IMG/VR virus record: IMGVR_UViG_3300046836_000171
Coordinates: 1-54,043 of that record
Origin: a virus
Taxonomy: Duplodnaviria; Caudoviricetes
DNA: 54,043 bases
Direction: 5' to 3' (one strand)
Below are positions 1 through 9,188 of this stretch, piece after piece. Made by a program: the position numbers and the translations under genes. Within the stretch, counting starts at the first letter, position 1. Every line of letters starts with the position of its first letter. Below the pieces are notes generated by a model, which was not told the origin of the DNA, did not search any database, and was given only the letters and a program-made list of their open reading frames with translations.

Positions 1-934
1 GCGTGCTGGTGGGGGCCGGCGGCTCGCCGATCACGGCGACCGCGGCGGGCTCGGCCGGGCAAGTGCTGACGTCGAACGGGGCGAGCGCCGATCCGACGTT
101 CCAGGCGCCCGCGATGGTGCTGCTGGCCAACGCCTCACCGATCGGGACCGGCGTCGTCACCTTCAGCTCGATCCCTCAGACCTACGCCGATCTGATGGTT
201 GTCATCCGGGGCCAAAGCACGGCGGCCGGGGTGAACAGCGCCAACGCGCAGCTCACGTTCAATAACGACACCGCGACCCACTATCAAAACCAACTTGTGC
301 GGGGCAACGTCACCACGGCTTCTGCGGCCGCGTCGGTCGCCCACAGTTCCATCGACTTCCTGACACTGGCGTCCGTTGGGACGGCGACCAATCCGGCGTC
401 CTACGGCGTCGCAAAAATCTACGGATACACCAACACAGCCCTGAACAAGTCGGTGGAGTATCAGGTGGGATTCTCGGTTGGAAGCACGACAGCCGGCATG
501 TTTACTCAACAGTGCTATGGCGTGTGGCTTAGCACCGCCGCGATCACCCGGCTCGACATAACCCTCAGCGCCGGCAACTTCCTGACCGGCTCCCTGGTCA
601 GCCTCTACGGGATCAACGGCTGATGCCGATCGCCGGCGGCCCCGTGGGTTCGATCCCGATCGCCGGAACGCCAGGGGCCACCGTGGTGAGCATCACCGCG
701 CGATCGGCCGCCGCGTCACAGGGCCGCGCACAAGCCGGGGCGGCGGCGCATCTGGCGACGCGCTCCAGATCGGCGGCGCGCTCGACCGGGAAGATCGGCG
801 GGGCGACGACGCTGGGCGCGCGAGGGCTGGCCGCTGGTCGTGACACGGGGCGGCCAAGGGCCGCCGCGCAGCTCGCCGGCAAAGGGCGGGCCGCTGCGCA
901 CGGGACGGGAGGGCTGGCGGCGGCGGCGCATCTG
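1..934. repeat. Terminal redundancy, left copy (diverged allele of 53110-54043)
   Basis: Aligns without gaps to 53110-54043 (offset 53109). The first ~125 nt are identical, followed by many substitutions. Confidence 0.95.
3..623 (+). CDS. 3' part of fibre-like virion protein (allele of 52758-53732), truncated by the window edge
   Basis: Near-identical to the C-terminal 206 aa of ORF 52758-53732; Gly/Thr/Ser-rich fibre-like sequence. Confidence 0.85.
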   Translation: MLVGAGGSPITATAAGSAGQVLTSNGASADPTFQAPAMVLLANASPIGTGVVTFSSIPQTYADLMVVIRGQSTAAGVNSANAQLTFNNDTATHYQNQLVRGNVTTASAAASVAHSSIDFLTLASVGTATNPASYGVAKIYGYTNTALNKSVEYQVGFSVGSTTAGMFTQQCYGVWLSTAAITRLDITLSAGNFLTGSLVSLYGING

Positions 935-1462
935 GCCGCCAGCAGCGCCAGCGCCGCGCGATCGAGCGCCGCGGGGCGGTTCCGCGCGCAGCTCGTCGGG
1001 CTCGCCCGATCCGCGGCGCGGGGCGTGGCTGGCCGCACGGCGCGTGCGCTGCTGGCGGGCGCCGCGAAGAGCGCAGCGCGTGCGGCGGGGACAATGACCG
1101 GCGGGGTCCGCATGGCGGCCCGGTCGGCGAGCGCTTCGCACGCGAGGGGCGCGACGCGCTCGGGCGTTCTGCTGGCGGCGTGGTCGAGGGCGGCGGCGCA
1201 TGGGCGCGCCAGCTATGACCGCCTCGCCGTGATCCGCGCCGCCTCGCGCTCGATGGCGCGAGCCGTGGCCGCGCTGCGCATCCGGGTGATCGGCCCCCAG
1301 GCGCACCCGTCCGACGCGCCAGCCTACCGGGCCAGCGCCCGCGACGTCGCCGTGAACACGCTCGTGCTTGACGCGGCCGACGCCCACACTACCGTCGCCG
1401 AAGCTGCGCCGGGCGCCACGCCGGCCGACGCCGCGGCCAGCGCCAAGGCGAGCGACGAATGA
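623..1462 (+). CDS. Ala/Arg/Gly-rich repetitive virion-associated protein
   Basis: TGATG coupling to the upstream gene; loose repeats of the form A.L.A.S...A.G; ATGA overlap with the next gene. Confidence 0.65.
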   Translation: MPIAGGPVGSIPIAGTPGATVVSITARSAAASQGRAQAGAAAHLATRSRSAARSTGKIGGATTLGARGLAAGRDTGRPRAAAQLAGKGRAAAHGTGGLAAAAHLAASSASAARSSAAGRFRAQLVGLARSAARGVAGRTARALLAGAAKSAARAAGTMTGGVRMAARSASASHARGATRSGVLLAAWSRAAAHGRASYDRLAVIRAASRSMARAVAALRIRVIGPQAHPSDAPAYRASARDVAVNTLVLDAADAHTTVAEAAPGATPADAAASAKASDE

Positions 1463-1755
1463 ACACCTACCAGATCGACTCGGAGGTCACGCTTTCGACG
1501 CTCTTCACGGCGTCCGATGGCGTCACGCCGATCGACCCGACCACGGTCACGCTCTACATCGTCGCGCCGGACGGGACCGAAATGGAGCTGACCGGCAGCG
1601 ATCTGGCGCATCCCTCGACCGGCAGCTTCAGCTACGGCGTGCTGGTCAATCAGTCCGGCATCTGGATTTACAAATGGCAGGGCGCGGGCGCCGTGGACGT
1701 CACCACGCCCGACACCTATCTGGCGGTGCAAGAAAGTGTCCCTCTCCCCGGCTAA
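1459..1755 (+). CDS. Small beta-rich (Ig/BppU-like) virion protein
   Basis: ATGA overlap; D.G.PIDPTTVTLYIVAPDG...G.W.Y.W pattern typical of small phage Ig-like adaptors. Confidence 0.6.
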   Translation: MNTYQIDSEVTLSTLFTASDGVTPIDPTTVTLYIVAPDGTEMELTGSDLAHPSTGSFSYGVLVNQSGIWIYKWQGAGAVDVTTPDTYLAVQESVPLPG

Positions 1756-2605
1756 GGTGGGTCGCCTGGGCCTCGATCGCGGCCGCTACATTCGCGGCCC
1801 TGCGCGGGTAAAGGCGAAGGTTCTCGCGCCCGTCCGCCCGAACGTCGGGATCGAGCTGGCCTATCGCCGCGCGCTGATGAGGCTAGTCGATCGGATGCAG
1901 GCGGATATCGACGCGCTGCTGAAGCCGACTTACGGGATGCTGGCGCCGGCGATCGTCGCCCAGGACGCAGCCCCAGCCGTCGAGCTGGCCGGGCTCATGC
2001 GCGGGTTGCGCCGACGCTGGGAAGCGAACTTCGACCGCGCCGCGCCCGAGCTGGCCGCCTACTTCGCCCAGGCCGCCCAGGATCGCAGCTCGCGGACGCT
2101 GAGCGCCATCCTGCGCCGCGCCGGGCTCACGGTGCAGTTCCGCATGACGCCGGCGGCCCAGGAGGTCTACGACGCCGCGGTGATCGAGAACGTCGGGTTG
2201 ATCCGCTCGATCGCCCAGCAGCACCTTCAGGAGGTCGAGGGGATGGTGATGCGCAGCGCCCAGCACGGCCGCGACCTGGGGCCGCTCGCCAAGTCGCTGC
2301 GCGCCCGCTACGGCATCACCAAGCGGCGGGCGGCGCTGATCGCGCGAGACCAAAACAACAAGGCGACCGCGGTCATCACCCGCGTGCGGCAGAAGGAGCT
2401 GGGGATCACGCAGGCGCGGTGGGTCCACAGCCACGCCGGCAAGACGCCGCGGCCGGACCATGTTGCGTTCAGCGAGGGGCGCGGCGGCGGCCCCTACTAC
2501 GACGTCGAGAAGGGCGCGCTGATCAGCGGCGAAAGGATTTTCCCCGGCGAGTTAATCAACTGCCGGTGTGTGTCCCGGTCGGTCATTCCCGGTTTCGGTG
2601 TATAA
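1736..2605 (+). CDS. Minor head protein, SPP1 gp7 / Mu gpF (MuF) family
   Basis: RAALIARDQNNK, W.HS...PRPDH and PGELINCRC motifs; no C-terminal toxin extension. Confidence 0.92.
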   Translation: MSLSPAKVGRLGLDRGRYIRGPARVKAKVLAPVRPNVGIELAYRRALMRLVDRMQADIDALLKPTYGMLAPAIVAQDAAPAVELAGLMRGLRRRWEANFDRAAPELAAYFAQAAQDRSSRTLSAILRRAGLTVQFRMTPAAQEVYDAAVIENVGLIRSIAQQHLQEVEGMVMRSAQHGRDLGPLAKSLRARYGITKRRAALIARDQNNKATAVITRVRQKELGITQARWVHSHAGKTPRPDHVAFSEGRGGGPYYDVEKGALISGERIFPGELINCRCVSRSVIPGFGV

Positions 2606-2800
2606 CGCCGGTTTCGGGCGGGTTGCCAAAAGGGACGATGCCCTAGAAGCCCCAGGGATGCACGTACAGGGCCGTTTGACTTCCCTGATATCATCCTACC
2701 GCCCCACCCCGTGTTCACGTTTGTTCCCTTTTTCGGGTTGTATCGCCTCTCTACTCAGGGGAGACTCGGCAAGATCATGCCCCGCCCCGCGATGAACCGC

Positions 2801-2830
2801 TTGACGTCTCGCTGGACGTGAGTCCATAAG
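2801..2830 (+). promoter_or_regulatory. Putative sigma70-type promoter for the small RNA
   Basis: TTGACG (2801-2806), 18-nt spacer, CATAAG (2825-2830), directly upstream of a structured element. Confidence 0.5.
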
Positions 2831-2836
2831 GCGGGG

Positions 2837-2933
2837 CGCTCGGTTGCTTTCCCCTTCCCCTAAAGCCCCCCCAGCCCCGGAAGGGCCGCCGAGCCCGGCC
2901 CCCGCGTCCACCGGCGCGGGGGCCTTCGCTTTT
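2837..2933 (+). ncRNA. Candidate structured small RNA with a C-rich loop
   Basis: Closing stem GCTCGG(2838-43)/CCGAGC(2889-94); hairpin GCTTT-[CCCCTTCCCCT]-AAAGC; hairpin GCCC-[CGGAA]-GGGC; ends in a terminator; intergenic. Confidence 0.55.
2897..2933 (+). terminator. Intrinsic terminator
   Basis: GGCCCCCGCGTC-CACC-GGCGCGGGGGCC stem (one G-U pair) followed by TTCGCTTTT. Confidence 0.7.
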
Positions 2934-2959
2934 CGGGGTGGCGTGATAGCGTCCGATTC

Positions 2960-3388
2960 ATGGCGACATTTGCGAAGCGCGCGACACCCGGTCAGGCGGC
3001 GATCCTCCGCATGATCGAGGGCGGCATCAAAAGCGCCCAGCACGCCCACCCCGAAATCATCATCAGCCCGCGGCATCGCACGTCGATCGCCAAGCGGGCG
3101 GCAGGGCTAATCTCGGCGGCGACGCCGGGCTTGGTGTCGGCGGCATCGCGCCCGCCGATAGCATCGCCGGACGGACACTTCTCAGACCCGACCGGCGGCC
3201 GTCGATCCATTGTGGGGGTCGAGGGCAGGGCGGGAACGGGCCAGCTAACTGACCGTTCCCGCCTGGGTCCGCTGCGCAGCCTGCGCCGGCAGATCGAGCG
3301 CGATCTGTGGGCGGTCGATGACTTGGCCGCGCGCAAGGCGTATGTGCATACCCTTCGGCTGATCGCCGAGCTGGGGGTGCGCAAGTGA
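2960..3388 (+). CDS. Hypothetical protein
   Basis: ATG ORF with GTGA overlap into the protease gene. Confidence 0.6.
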   Translation: MATFAKRATPGQAAILRMIEGGIKSAQHAHPEIIISPRHRTSIAKRAAGLISAATPGLVSAASRPPIASPDGHFSDPTGGRRSIVGVEGRAGTGQLTDRSRLGPLRSLRRQIERDLWAVDDLAARKAYVHTLRLIAELGVRK

Positions 3389-4965
3389 CCATCGCCGATC
3401 TTGAACGCATCCTGGCGGCTGATCGGGCGGTGCTGGCCTATGACCCGCTGAAGCCCGGCAAGAGCCGCGAGGTCATCAGCGCCAACATCGGCGAGCTGGT
3501 GCGCGCCGGCCATGCCGTCAAGCAGGCGGCCGCCATCGCCTACAAGGAGGCGGGCGAGGATTGCGAGACCTTCAGCGAGGATGAGCTGACCGGGATCGCC
3601 AGCCGCGCGCTGCTGGCGGGCGCCAGCGACCGGATCGCGTTCGACTTCGACACCGCGCGCCACACCGACGTCGATGGGCGACTGCATGTCGCGGTCAGCC
3701 ACATCAGCAAGGCGACGGTGAATCCCTACTACGGGCGGGAGATTCCCAACGCCGAAGCGCTCGGGCTCGATCCCGGCAGGGTCTACCATCTGCTGCGAGA
3801 CCCCGAAGAGCTGCGCCGGGCGGCGGCCACGTCGAACAACTTGCAACTATTGATGCAGCACGTCCCGGTCAACGCGGACGATCCGAAGAAAGAAATCACG
3901 GTCGGCTCCACCGGGACCGATGCCGCCTTCAATAGTCCGTACCTCGACAACTCTCTGGTTGTTTGGGATTCGGCCGCGATCGAGGCGATCAAATCTAAAA
4001 AGCAGCGCGAGCTTAGCTGTGCGTATCGATATATAGCGGACATGACCCCCGGAACCTACCAGGGCTTGCGGTACGACGGGGTGATGCGCAATATCGAGTT
4101 CAACCACGTCGCACTCGTAGACAGGGGCCGCGCCGGCTCTGACGTCTGCGTCGGTGATCAGGACCCAGGGGCGAACATGCTCAAGCCGATTTCCTCGCGT
4201 AAGGCGCTGCTGGTCTCGGGCGCGATCCGCGCCATGGTGAAGCCGCTGCTGGCCGCCGACGCGGCGATCGACTTCAGCGCCATCGTGGAGGGCGTCACCG
4301 CCGCCGCCTACGACTCGAAGGTCATCGCCGAGCGCGTGGCCGCCGCCACCAAGGGCAAGCTGAAGCCCGACGCCGACCTGAAGCCTCTCGCCGTCGCGCT
4401 CGACGCGATGGAAGACGAAGAGGATGAGGGCGCCGAAGACGACGAAATCGACGGCGAGCCCGACGATGACGACGACAAGGGCGAGGGCGGCGAAGAGGGC
4501 GGCGAGGGCGGCGGCGACAAGAAGGCGCGGGACAAGCGCGCCCGCGACAAGAAGGCGAAGGATAAGGCCGCCCGCGACAAGAAGGCGCGCGACGAAGCCG
4601 AAGCTGCGGCCCGCGAGGAAGACGACAAGGAAGACAAGTCGATGGACCGCAAGGCGACCGACCGCGCGATCCAGATGGCGCTCGACGCCCGCGATCAGCG
4701 CTACGCCGCGCAAGAGGCGGTGCGGCCGTTCATCGGCGCGCTCGCCAACCCGCCCGAGACCGCCGGCGGCGTCTACAAGCTGGCGCTCGACCACTTCGGC
4801 ATCGACACCAAGGGCCTGCCCGAGGCGGCCATGAAGCCGACGTTCGACGCCGTGAAGGCGCACCAGCGCCAGCCGGGCCAGCGCCGCGAGCGCATCGCCC
4901 AGGACGGCGCCAAGGGCGCCACCACCATGTTCCCGGCCATGGGCCGGATTCGCCAAGCAGGTTAA
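3385..4965 (+). CDS. DUF2213-family prohead protease/scaffold with N-terminal extension
   Basis: [24 protein letters not shown] and [12 protein letters not shown] motifs; acidic/charged scaffold C-terminus; position upstream of the capsid genes. Confidence 0.9.
   Translation: MTIADLERILAADRAVLAYDPLKPGKSREVISANIGELVRAGHAVKQAAAIAYKEAGEDCETFSEDELTGIASRALLAGASDRIAFDFDTARHTDVDGRLHVAVSHISKATVNPYYGREIPNAEALGLDPGRVYHLLRDPEELRRAAATSNNLQLLMQHVPVNADDPKKEITVGSTGTDAAFNSPYLDNSLVVWDSAAIEAIKSKKQRELSCAYRYIADMTPGTYQGLRYDGVMRNIEFNHVALVDRGRAGSDVCVGDQDPGANMLKPISSRKALLVSGAIRAMVKPLLAADAAIDFSAIVEGVTAAAYDSKVIAERVAAATKGKLKPDADLKPLAVALDAMEDEEDEGAEDDEIDGEPDDDDDKGEGGEEGGEGGGDKKARDKRARDKKAKDKAARDKKARDEAEAAAREEDDKEDKSMDRKATDRAIQMALDARDQRYAAQEAVRPFIGALANPPETAGGVYKLALDHFGIDTKGLPEAAMKPTFDAVKAHQRQPGQRRERIAQDGAKGATTMFPAMGRIRQAG
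4519..4593 (+). repeat. Five imperfect 15-bp coding tandem repeats (KKARD-type)
   Basis: Encodes [25 protein letters not shown]. Confidence 0.85.
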
Positions 4966-4977
4966 GGACACCGGCGC

Positions 4978-5910
4978 ATGACGGGCTTCCAAACCCAGGT
5001 GAACTATCAGCAAGCGCCGGCGGTCCCCGGCGACTTCGCCACCACGAACCCGCGCGCCACCGTGATCGCCGGCCCCGGCGCGCTGGTGGCGGGACCGTCC
5101 GGCGTCACGGTCGGCCGCTTCGGCTGGGTCGATCCGGCCACGCAAACGCTGGTGTCGAACGGCGGCGCAGGCAAGCCGAACGGCTTCGTCGGCAACCACC
5201 ACAACGCGCTGATCACCACCTACCTCGCCGAGACGTCGCTGGTGATCCCCGGCGGTTTCGAGCTGTTCCTGTGGGCCTACGGCGACTTCTGGATGAAGAA
5301 CGACTCTTCGACCGAAGCGCTGCCCGGCCAGAAGATTTTCGCCTCGCAGACCACCGGCCAAGCCTCGCAGCTCGCCGCGGCGGGTACGCAGCCGAGCGGC
5401 GGCGCGTCCGTCACCGGCTCGATTGCCGCCTCGACCGCCAGCGTCACCGGCTCGATCGCCAACGATATCCTGACCGTCACCGTGGTGGGCTCGGGCGCGA
5501 TCGTGGTCGGCGGAACGCTCAGCGGCTCGGGCGTCGCCACCGGGACGATGGTCACGGCGCAGCTCACCGGCACGCCGGGCGGCATCGGGACCTATCTGGT
5601 GTCGATCCCCGAGCAGACGGTGGCCTCGACCACCATCAGCGAGACCTACGGGACGCTGACCGTCTCGGCGGTCGGCTCGGGCGCCCTTTCCGTGGGCGAC
5701 GTCATCAGCGGCTCCGGTGTCACCGCCGGGACCTACATCACGGCGCTGGGGACCGGCGCGGGCGGGACGGGGACCTACATCGTCACCCCGAACACCGTCG
5801 TCTCCTCGACCACGATCACCGCCAACGCGACGGTGGAGACCGATTGGTACGTCGGCAGCTTCGCCGCACCGGGCGAGCTGATGAAGCTTACGCATCGAGC
5901 CCTGGGGTAA
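4978..5910 (+). CDS. Capsid cement/decoration protein with two inserted beta modules
   Basis: [16 protein letters not shown]...GVTVGRFGW...GDFW, ending ETDWYVGS...GELMK; lies between protease and capsid. Confidence 0.85.
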   Translation: MTGFQTQVNYQQAPAVPGDFATTNPRATVIAGPGALVAGPSGVTVGRFGWVDPATQTLVSNGGAGKPNGFVGNHHNALITTYLAETSLVIPGGFELFLWAYGDFWMKNDSSTEALPGQKIFASQTTGQASQLAAAGTQPSGGASVTGSIAASTASVTGSIANDILTVTVVGSGAIVVGGTLSGSGVATGTMVTAQLTGTPGGIGTYLVSIPEQTVASTTISETYGTLTVSAVGSGALSVGDVISGSGVTAGTYITALGTGAGGTGTYIVTPNTVVSSTTITANATVETDWYVGSFAAPGELMKLTHRALG

Positions 5911-5916
5911 CAGCAC

Positions 5917-7074
5917 ATGCTGCGTCGTAGCGCCGAACTCACGGCCGTGATGGAAGAGGCGGGGATCGTCTTCGATTCCGCCGTGGACTTCCTGCCCCGC
6001 ACCCGGCTCGACAAGCCGGTCACGGAAATGACCAGCCTTGGGCCGGTCGAAACCAGCTTCGGCGGGATCGACATGAGCGCGGCCACGCGCCTCGCCCAGG
6101 ACGCCGGGCTGGCGTTCGATGCGCCGAACTCGCCGGCCAGCCCGCAGGCGGGTCTGGTCACGGTCGCGAACGCCGGCATCCCCAGCTTCCTGACGATGTA
6201 TGTCGATCCGAAGCTGATCGAAGTCCTCTACTCGCCGCTGAAGGCGGCCATGCTCTACGGCGAAGCCCGCAAGGGCGACTGGCTGATGGAAACGGCCATG
6301 TTCGCGATGATCGAGTCGACGGGCGAGGTTTCGTCCTACGGCGACTTCGCCACGAACGGCCGCGCCGGCGCGAACGCCCAATGGCCGCAACGGCAAGCCT
6401 ACCTCTATCAGGTGTTCACCGAGTGGGGCGAGCGCGAGCTGGAGCGCATGGGGCTGGCCCGCGTCGATTGGGCCGCGCGCCTCAACATCAGCTCGGCGCT
6501 GACGCTGAACCGCTTCCAGAACACCAGCTACTTCTTCGGGATCAACGGGCTCCAGAACTACGGCGCCCTGAACGATCCCAGCCTGCCGGCCCTGCTGACG
6601 CCGACCACCAAGACGGCCGGCGGCACGAGCTGGTCGGTCGCGCTGCCGACCGAAATCCTCGCGGACTTCCAGAAGGTGTTCGCGCAGCTCCAGATTCAGA
6701 CCGGCTCCAACCTGGAGCTGGACACGCCGATGACCGCTGTCGTCCACTCGGTCAGCGAGGTCTATCTGGCGAACACCAACAGCTTCGGCCTCACCGCCGA
6801 AGGCATGATCAAGAAGGTGTTCCCCAACCTGAAGATCATGCAGGCGCCACAGCTCGGCTATCCGACCGGCGCGCCGACGCCGACGCTCTTCACGATGCAG
6901 ATGTGGGTCGATGAGCTGGAGGGCCAGCGGACGATCGAGTGCAGCTTCAATGAGAAGATGCGCGCGCACCGGATCGTGCAGGACACTTCGTCTTGGCGCC
7001 AGAAGAAGACTCAGGGCACCTGGGGGGCCATCGTCTATCGCCCGGCGTGCGTGTCGGGCCTCACCGGGATTTAA
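5917..7074 (+). CDS. Major capsid protein (DUF2184-like)
   Basis: ANAGIP.FLT.YVDP, E.TGEVSSYGD, WGERELE, N..YFFG..GLQNYG.LNDP and QKKT.GTWGAI.YRP motifs. Confidence 0.93.
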   Translation: MLRRSAELTAVMEEAGIVFDSAVDFLPRTRLDKPVTEMTSLGPVETSFGGIDMSAATRLAQDAGLAFDAPNSPASPQAGLVTVANAGIPSFLTMYVDPKLIEVLYSPLKAAMLYGEARKGDWLMETAMFAMIESTGEVSSYGDFATNGRAGANAQWPQRQAYLYQVFTEWGERELERMGLARVDWAARLNISSALTLNRFQNTSYFFGINGLQNYGALNDPSLPALLTPTTKTAGGTSWSVALPTEILADFQKVFAQLQIQTGSNLELDTPMTAVVHSVSEVYLANTNSFGLTAEGMIKKVFPNLKIMQAPQLGYPTGAPTPTLFTMQMWVDELEGQRTIECSFNEKMRAHRIVQDTSSWRQKKTQGTWGAIVYRPACVSGLTGI

Positions 7075-7078
7075 GCCA

Positions 7079-7642
7079 TTGGCCGAAAGCGCCCAAAAGA
7101 CCGCCGACGCGCTCGGAGCCGCCGGCGCGGCTGCGGCTGCTGCGGCCGCCGGTCCCGAGCGGCCCACCATCACGGAACCCGCCAAGGCAAAGGCCGCCAA
7201 GGCCGACCGCGCGGGGGGCGTGGTCTATGTCGGCTGCAAGCTGCCGAACGGCGTTGTCCTCGATCTGGATCGGTACGTCCCGATCAACGATCGCGGCGAC
7301 GTGCGCCTGGAGAAGGGCAAGCTGCCGCCCGTCACGCTGAAGGGCTGGGCGTTCCGCGTCGGCATCGACGCCCCGCTGGTCAGCGCCGGCGGCTACGTCT
7401 TCACGCCGGTCCCCGGCGAGTTCTGGGAAGAGTGGATCAAGCGCAACGGCGAGGGCGATCTGATCGCCTCGCAGATGATCATCTTCGGCGAGACGATGGA
7501 CGCAGCCCAGGGCAAGGCGAGCGAGCGCGGCGAGCTGGTCCGCGTCTTCCGCGGCGCGATCCCGTCGAAGGCCGATGGCGTCGCGACCGCGACGGACGAT
7601 CGCGGCAACCCGGTGCTGGCGAGCGCTAGCGCCCTCATCTGA
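7079..7642 (+). CDS. Conserved head-region protein downstream of the capsid gene
   Basis: Probable TTG start just after the capsid stop; VYVGCKLPNG...GY..TPV..EFWEEW motif. Confidence 0.7.
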   Translation: MAESAQKTADALGAAGAAAAAAAAGPERPTITEPAKAKAAKADRAGGVVYVGCKLPNGVVLDLDRYVPINDRGDVRLEKGKLPPVTLKGWAFRVGIDAPLVSAGGYVFTPVPGEFWEEWIKRNGEGDLIASQMIIFGETMDAAQGKASERGELVRVFRGAIPSKADGVATATDDRGNPVLASASALI

Positions 7643-7652
7643 GGGGCGGCGC

Positions 7653-8105
7653 GTGACCATCGTCGCCTTCAACTTTCAGACCTGGGCGGCGCGCTTCCCC
7701 GAGTTCATCCCGGCCGTGACCGAGCCGATGGCCGACCGCTTCTTCGCGGAGGCGTGTCTCTACATCAACAATACCGACTCCTCGCCGATCAGCGCCGACC
7801 CGCCGAACGGGCCGCGCGCGATGATCCTCGATCTGGCGACCGCCCACGTCGCGAAGCTCTACAAGGGGACGAACACGGACCCGGCCAGCGGGCTCGTGGG
7901 CCGGCTCAGCCAAGCAGCCGAGGGCTCGGTGAACGTCAGCACCGAGCTGGAGCCCGGCGCGGAGCCGTCGCGCGCGTGGTGGGTCCAGACGCCCTATGGC
8001 TTCAGCGTGTGGCAGGCGACCGCGCCCTACCGGATCGGCATCTACATTCCGAACCCGCCGGACACCTTCGGCGCGGGACCGCTGGGCTTCCTCCGGGGCT
8101 GGTGA
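7653..8105 (+). CDS. Head-tail adaptor (DUF4054-like)
   Basis: F...FPEF, LATAH...L, GR.SQA.EGSV.VS and W.QTPYG..W motifs; GTG start. Confidence 0.85.
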   Translation: MTIVAFNFQTWAARFPEFIPAVTEPMADRFFAEACLYINNTDSSPISADPPNGPRAMILDLATAHVAKLYKGTNTDPASGLVGRLSQAAEGSVNVSTELEPGAEPSRAWWVQTPYGFSVWQATAPYRIGIYIPNPPDTFGAGPLGFLRGW

Positions 8106-8108
8106 TCC

Positions 8109-8567
8109 GTGGCTGACGTTCCATTCGAGGGCGGGGAGAAGCTGACGGCGGCGCTGGAGCGCATCAGCCGCGCCCTGGGCGGTAGCCCCAAGGTTCGCGT
8201 CGGCCTGCTTGAGGGCGCGACCTATCCCAACGGGACCCCCGTTGCGCTGGTTGCGGCCGTGCAGGAATACGGCGCGCCCTCCCGCGGCATCCCTCCCCGC
8301 CCGGCGATCCGCGGCATGGTGGCGAAGGAGGGGCCGGGCTGGGGCGACGCCCTGATGGAAGCCCTGAAGGCGAGCGACTACGACGCCGGCCGGGCGCTGG
8401 AGCTGATGGGCGAGGGGATCAAGGGCCAGTGGCAGCAGGCGATCCGCGACTTCTGGGGCGTCCCGCTGGCGCCCGCCACGATCGCGCGCAAGGGCTTCGA
8501 CAAACAGCTCATCGATACGGGCCACATGATCAACAGCGTCGATTCGGAGGTCATCAGTGGCCGCTGA
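8109..8567 (+). CDS. Neck / tail-completion protein
   Basis: VG.LEGATYP.GT.VA.VA...EYG...IPPRP and PLAP.TI.RKG.DK.LIDTG.M motifs. Confidence 0.85.
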   Translation: MADVPFEGGEKLTAALERISRALGGSPKVRVGLLEGATYPNGTPVALVAAVQEYGAPSRGIPPRPAIRGMVAKEGPGWGDALMEALKASDYDAGRALELMGEGIKGQWQQAIRDFWGVPLAPATIARKGFDKQLIDTGHMINSVDSEVISGR

Positions 8568-8820
8568 TCCGCGCGATCATCCGGCGGTGCGCGCCGAGCG
8601 CGACGGGATCGTCAACCCGATCGGCCAGCTCCGATGCCCGGCGTGCGGCGCGTGGTTCCTCATGCGCTCGACGTGGCTGCGCCACCGGGAGGTCGAGCTT
8701 CCGAGCTTCCGCGCCTGGGCCGAAGGTGCGAACCGGCATTGGGAGAAGACCCGCAACCGGCCGGTGATCGTCAGCCGCGATGAGATTCACGCCCGCGAGC
8801 TGCGCGTGGTGACGCCGTGA
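8557..8820 (+). CDS. Hypothetical CxxC protein inserted in the neck operon
   Basis: Overlaps both neighbours; CPACG motif. Confidence 0.55.
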   Translation: MAADPRDHPAVRAERDGIVNPIGQLRCPACGAWFLMRSTWLRHREVELPSFRAWAEGANRHWEKTRNRPVIVSRDEIHARELRVVTP

Positions 8821-9188
8821 ACCTGCGCTCGATCGCCAACAGCGCGACGCGCGCGGTGAACCCGAACGTGACCGGCAGCGTGATGCAGTCCACCGGCTAC
8901 ACCACCGGGCCGGACGGGTCGCGCACGCCAACCTACGACACCGTGACCGGCGTCAGCTTCCAAACCCAACCGCTCAGCACCGCCGACCTCTTGCAGCTCG
9001 ACGCGCTCAACATTCAGGGCGTCACCCGCAAGGTCTACGCGAACATGCAGATCAAGGGCGTCGAGCGGGCGGCCGGGACCGGCGGCGATCTGCTGGTGTT
9101 CAGCGGCGAGACGTGGCTGGCGAGCGCGATCCTTGAGCCGTTCGACCAATCGGGCTGGTGCAGCGTCGGCGTGACGCAACAGGCATGA
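8817..9188 (+). CDS. Head-closure/stopper protein
   Basis: MNL..IA...T..VNPN, Q.Q.LS..DL, GGDLL.F..W and W..V motifs; synteny. Confidence 0.8.
   Translation: MNLRSIANSATRAVNPNVTGSVMQSTGYTTGPDGSRTPTYDTVTGVSFQTQPLSTADLLQLDALNIQGVTRKVYANMQIKGVERAAGTGGDLLVFSGETWLASAILEPFDQSGWCSVGVTQQA

Noticed and set aside
1-934. Diversity-generating retroelement (TR/VR pair) explaining the two fibre alleles
   Set aside because: Differences are not adenine-specific, many are synonymous, they extend into the next gene, and no reverse transcriptase is present.
2837-2933. tRNA
   Set aside because: Multi-stem fold, but no T-loop GTTCRA, D-loop or 7-nt anticodon loop.
3847-7200. 1117-aa minus-strand ORF and the many other long antisense or overlapping ORFs
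   Set aside because: Shadow ORFs of high-GC coding sequence opposite clear phage genes, with no recognisable motifs.
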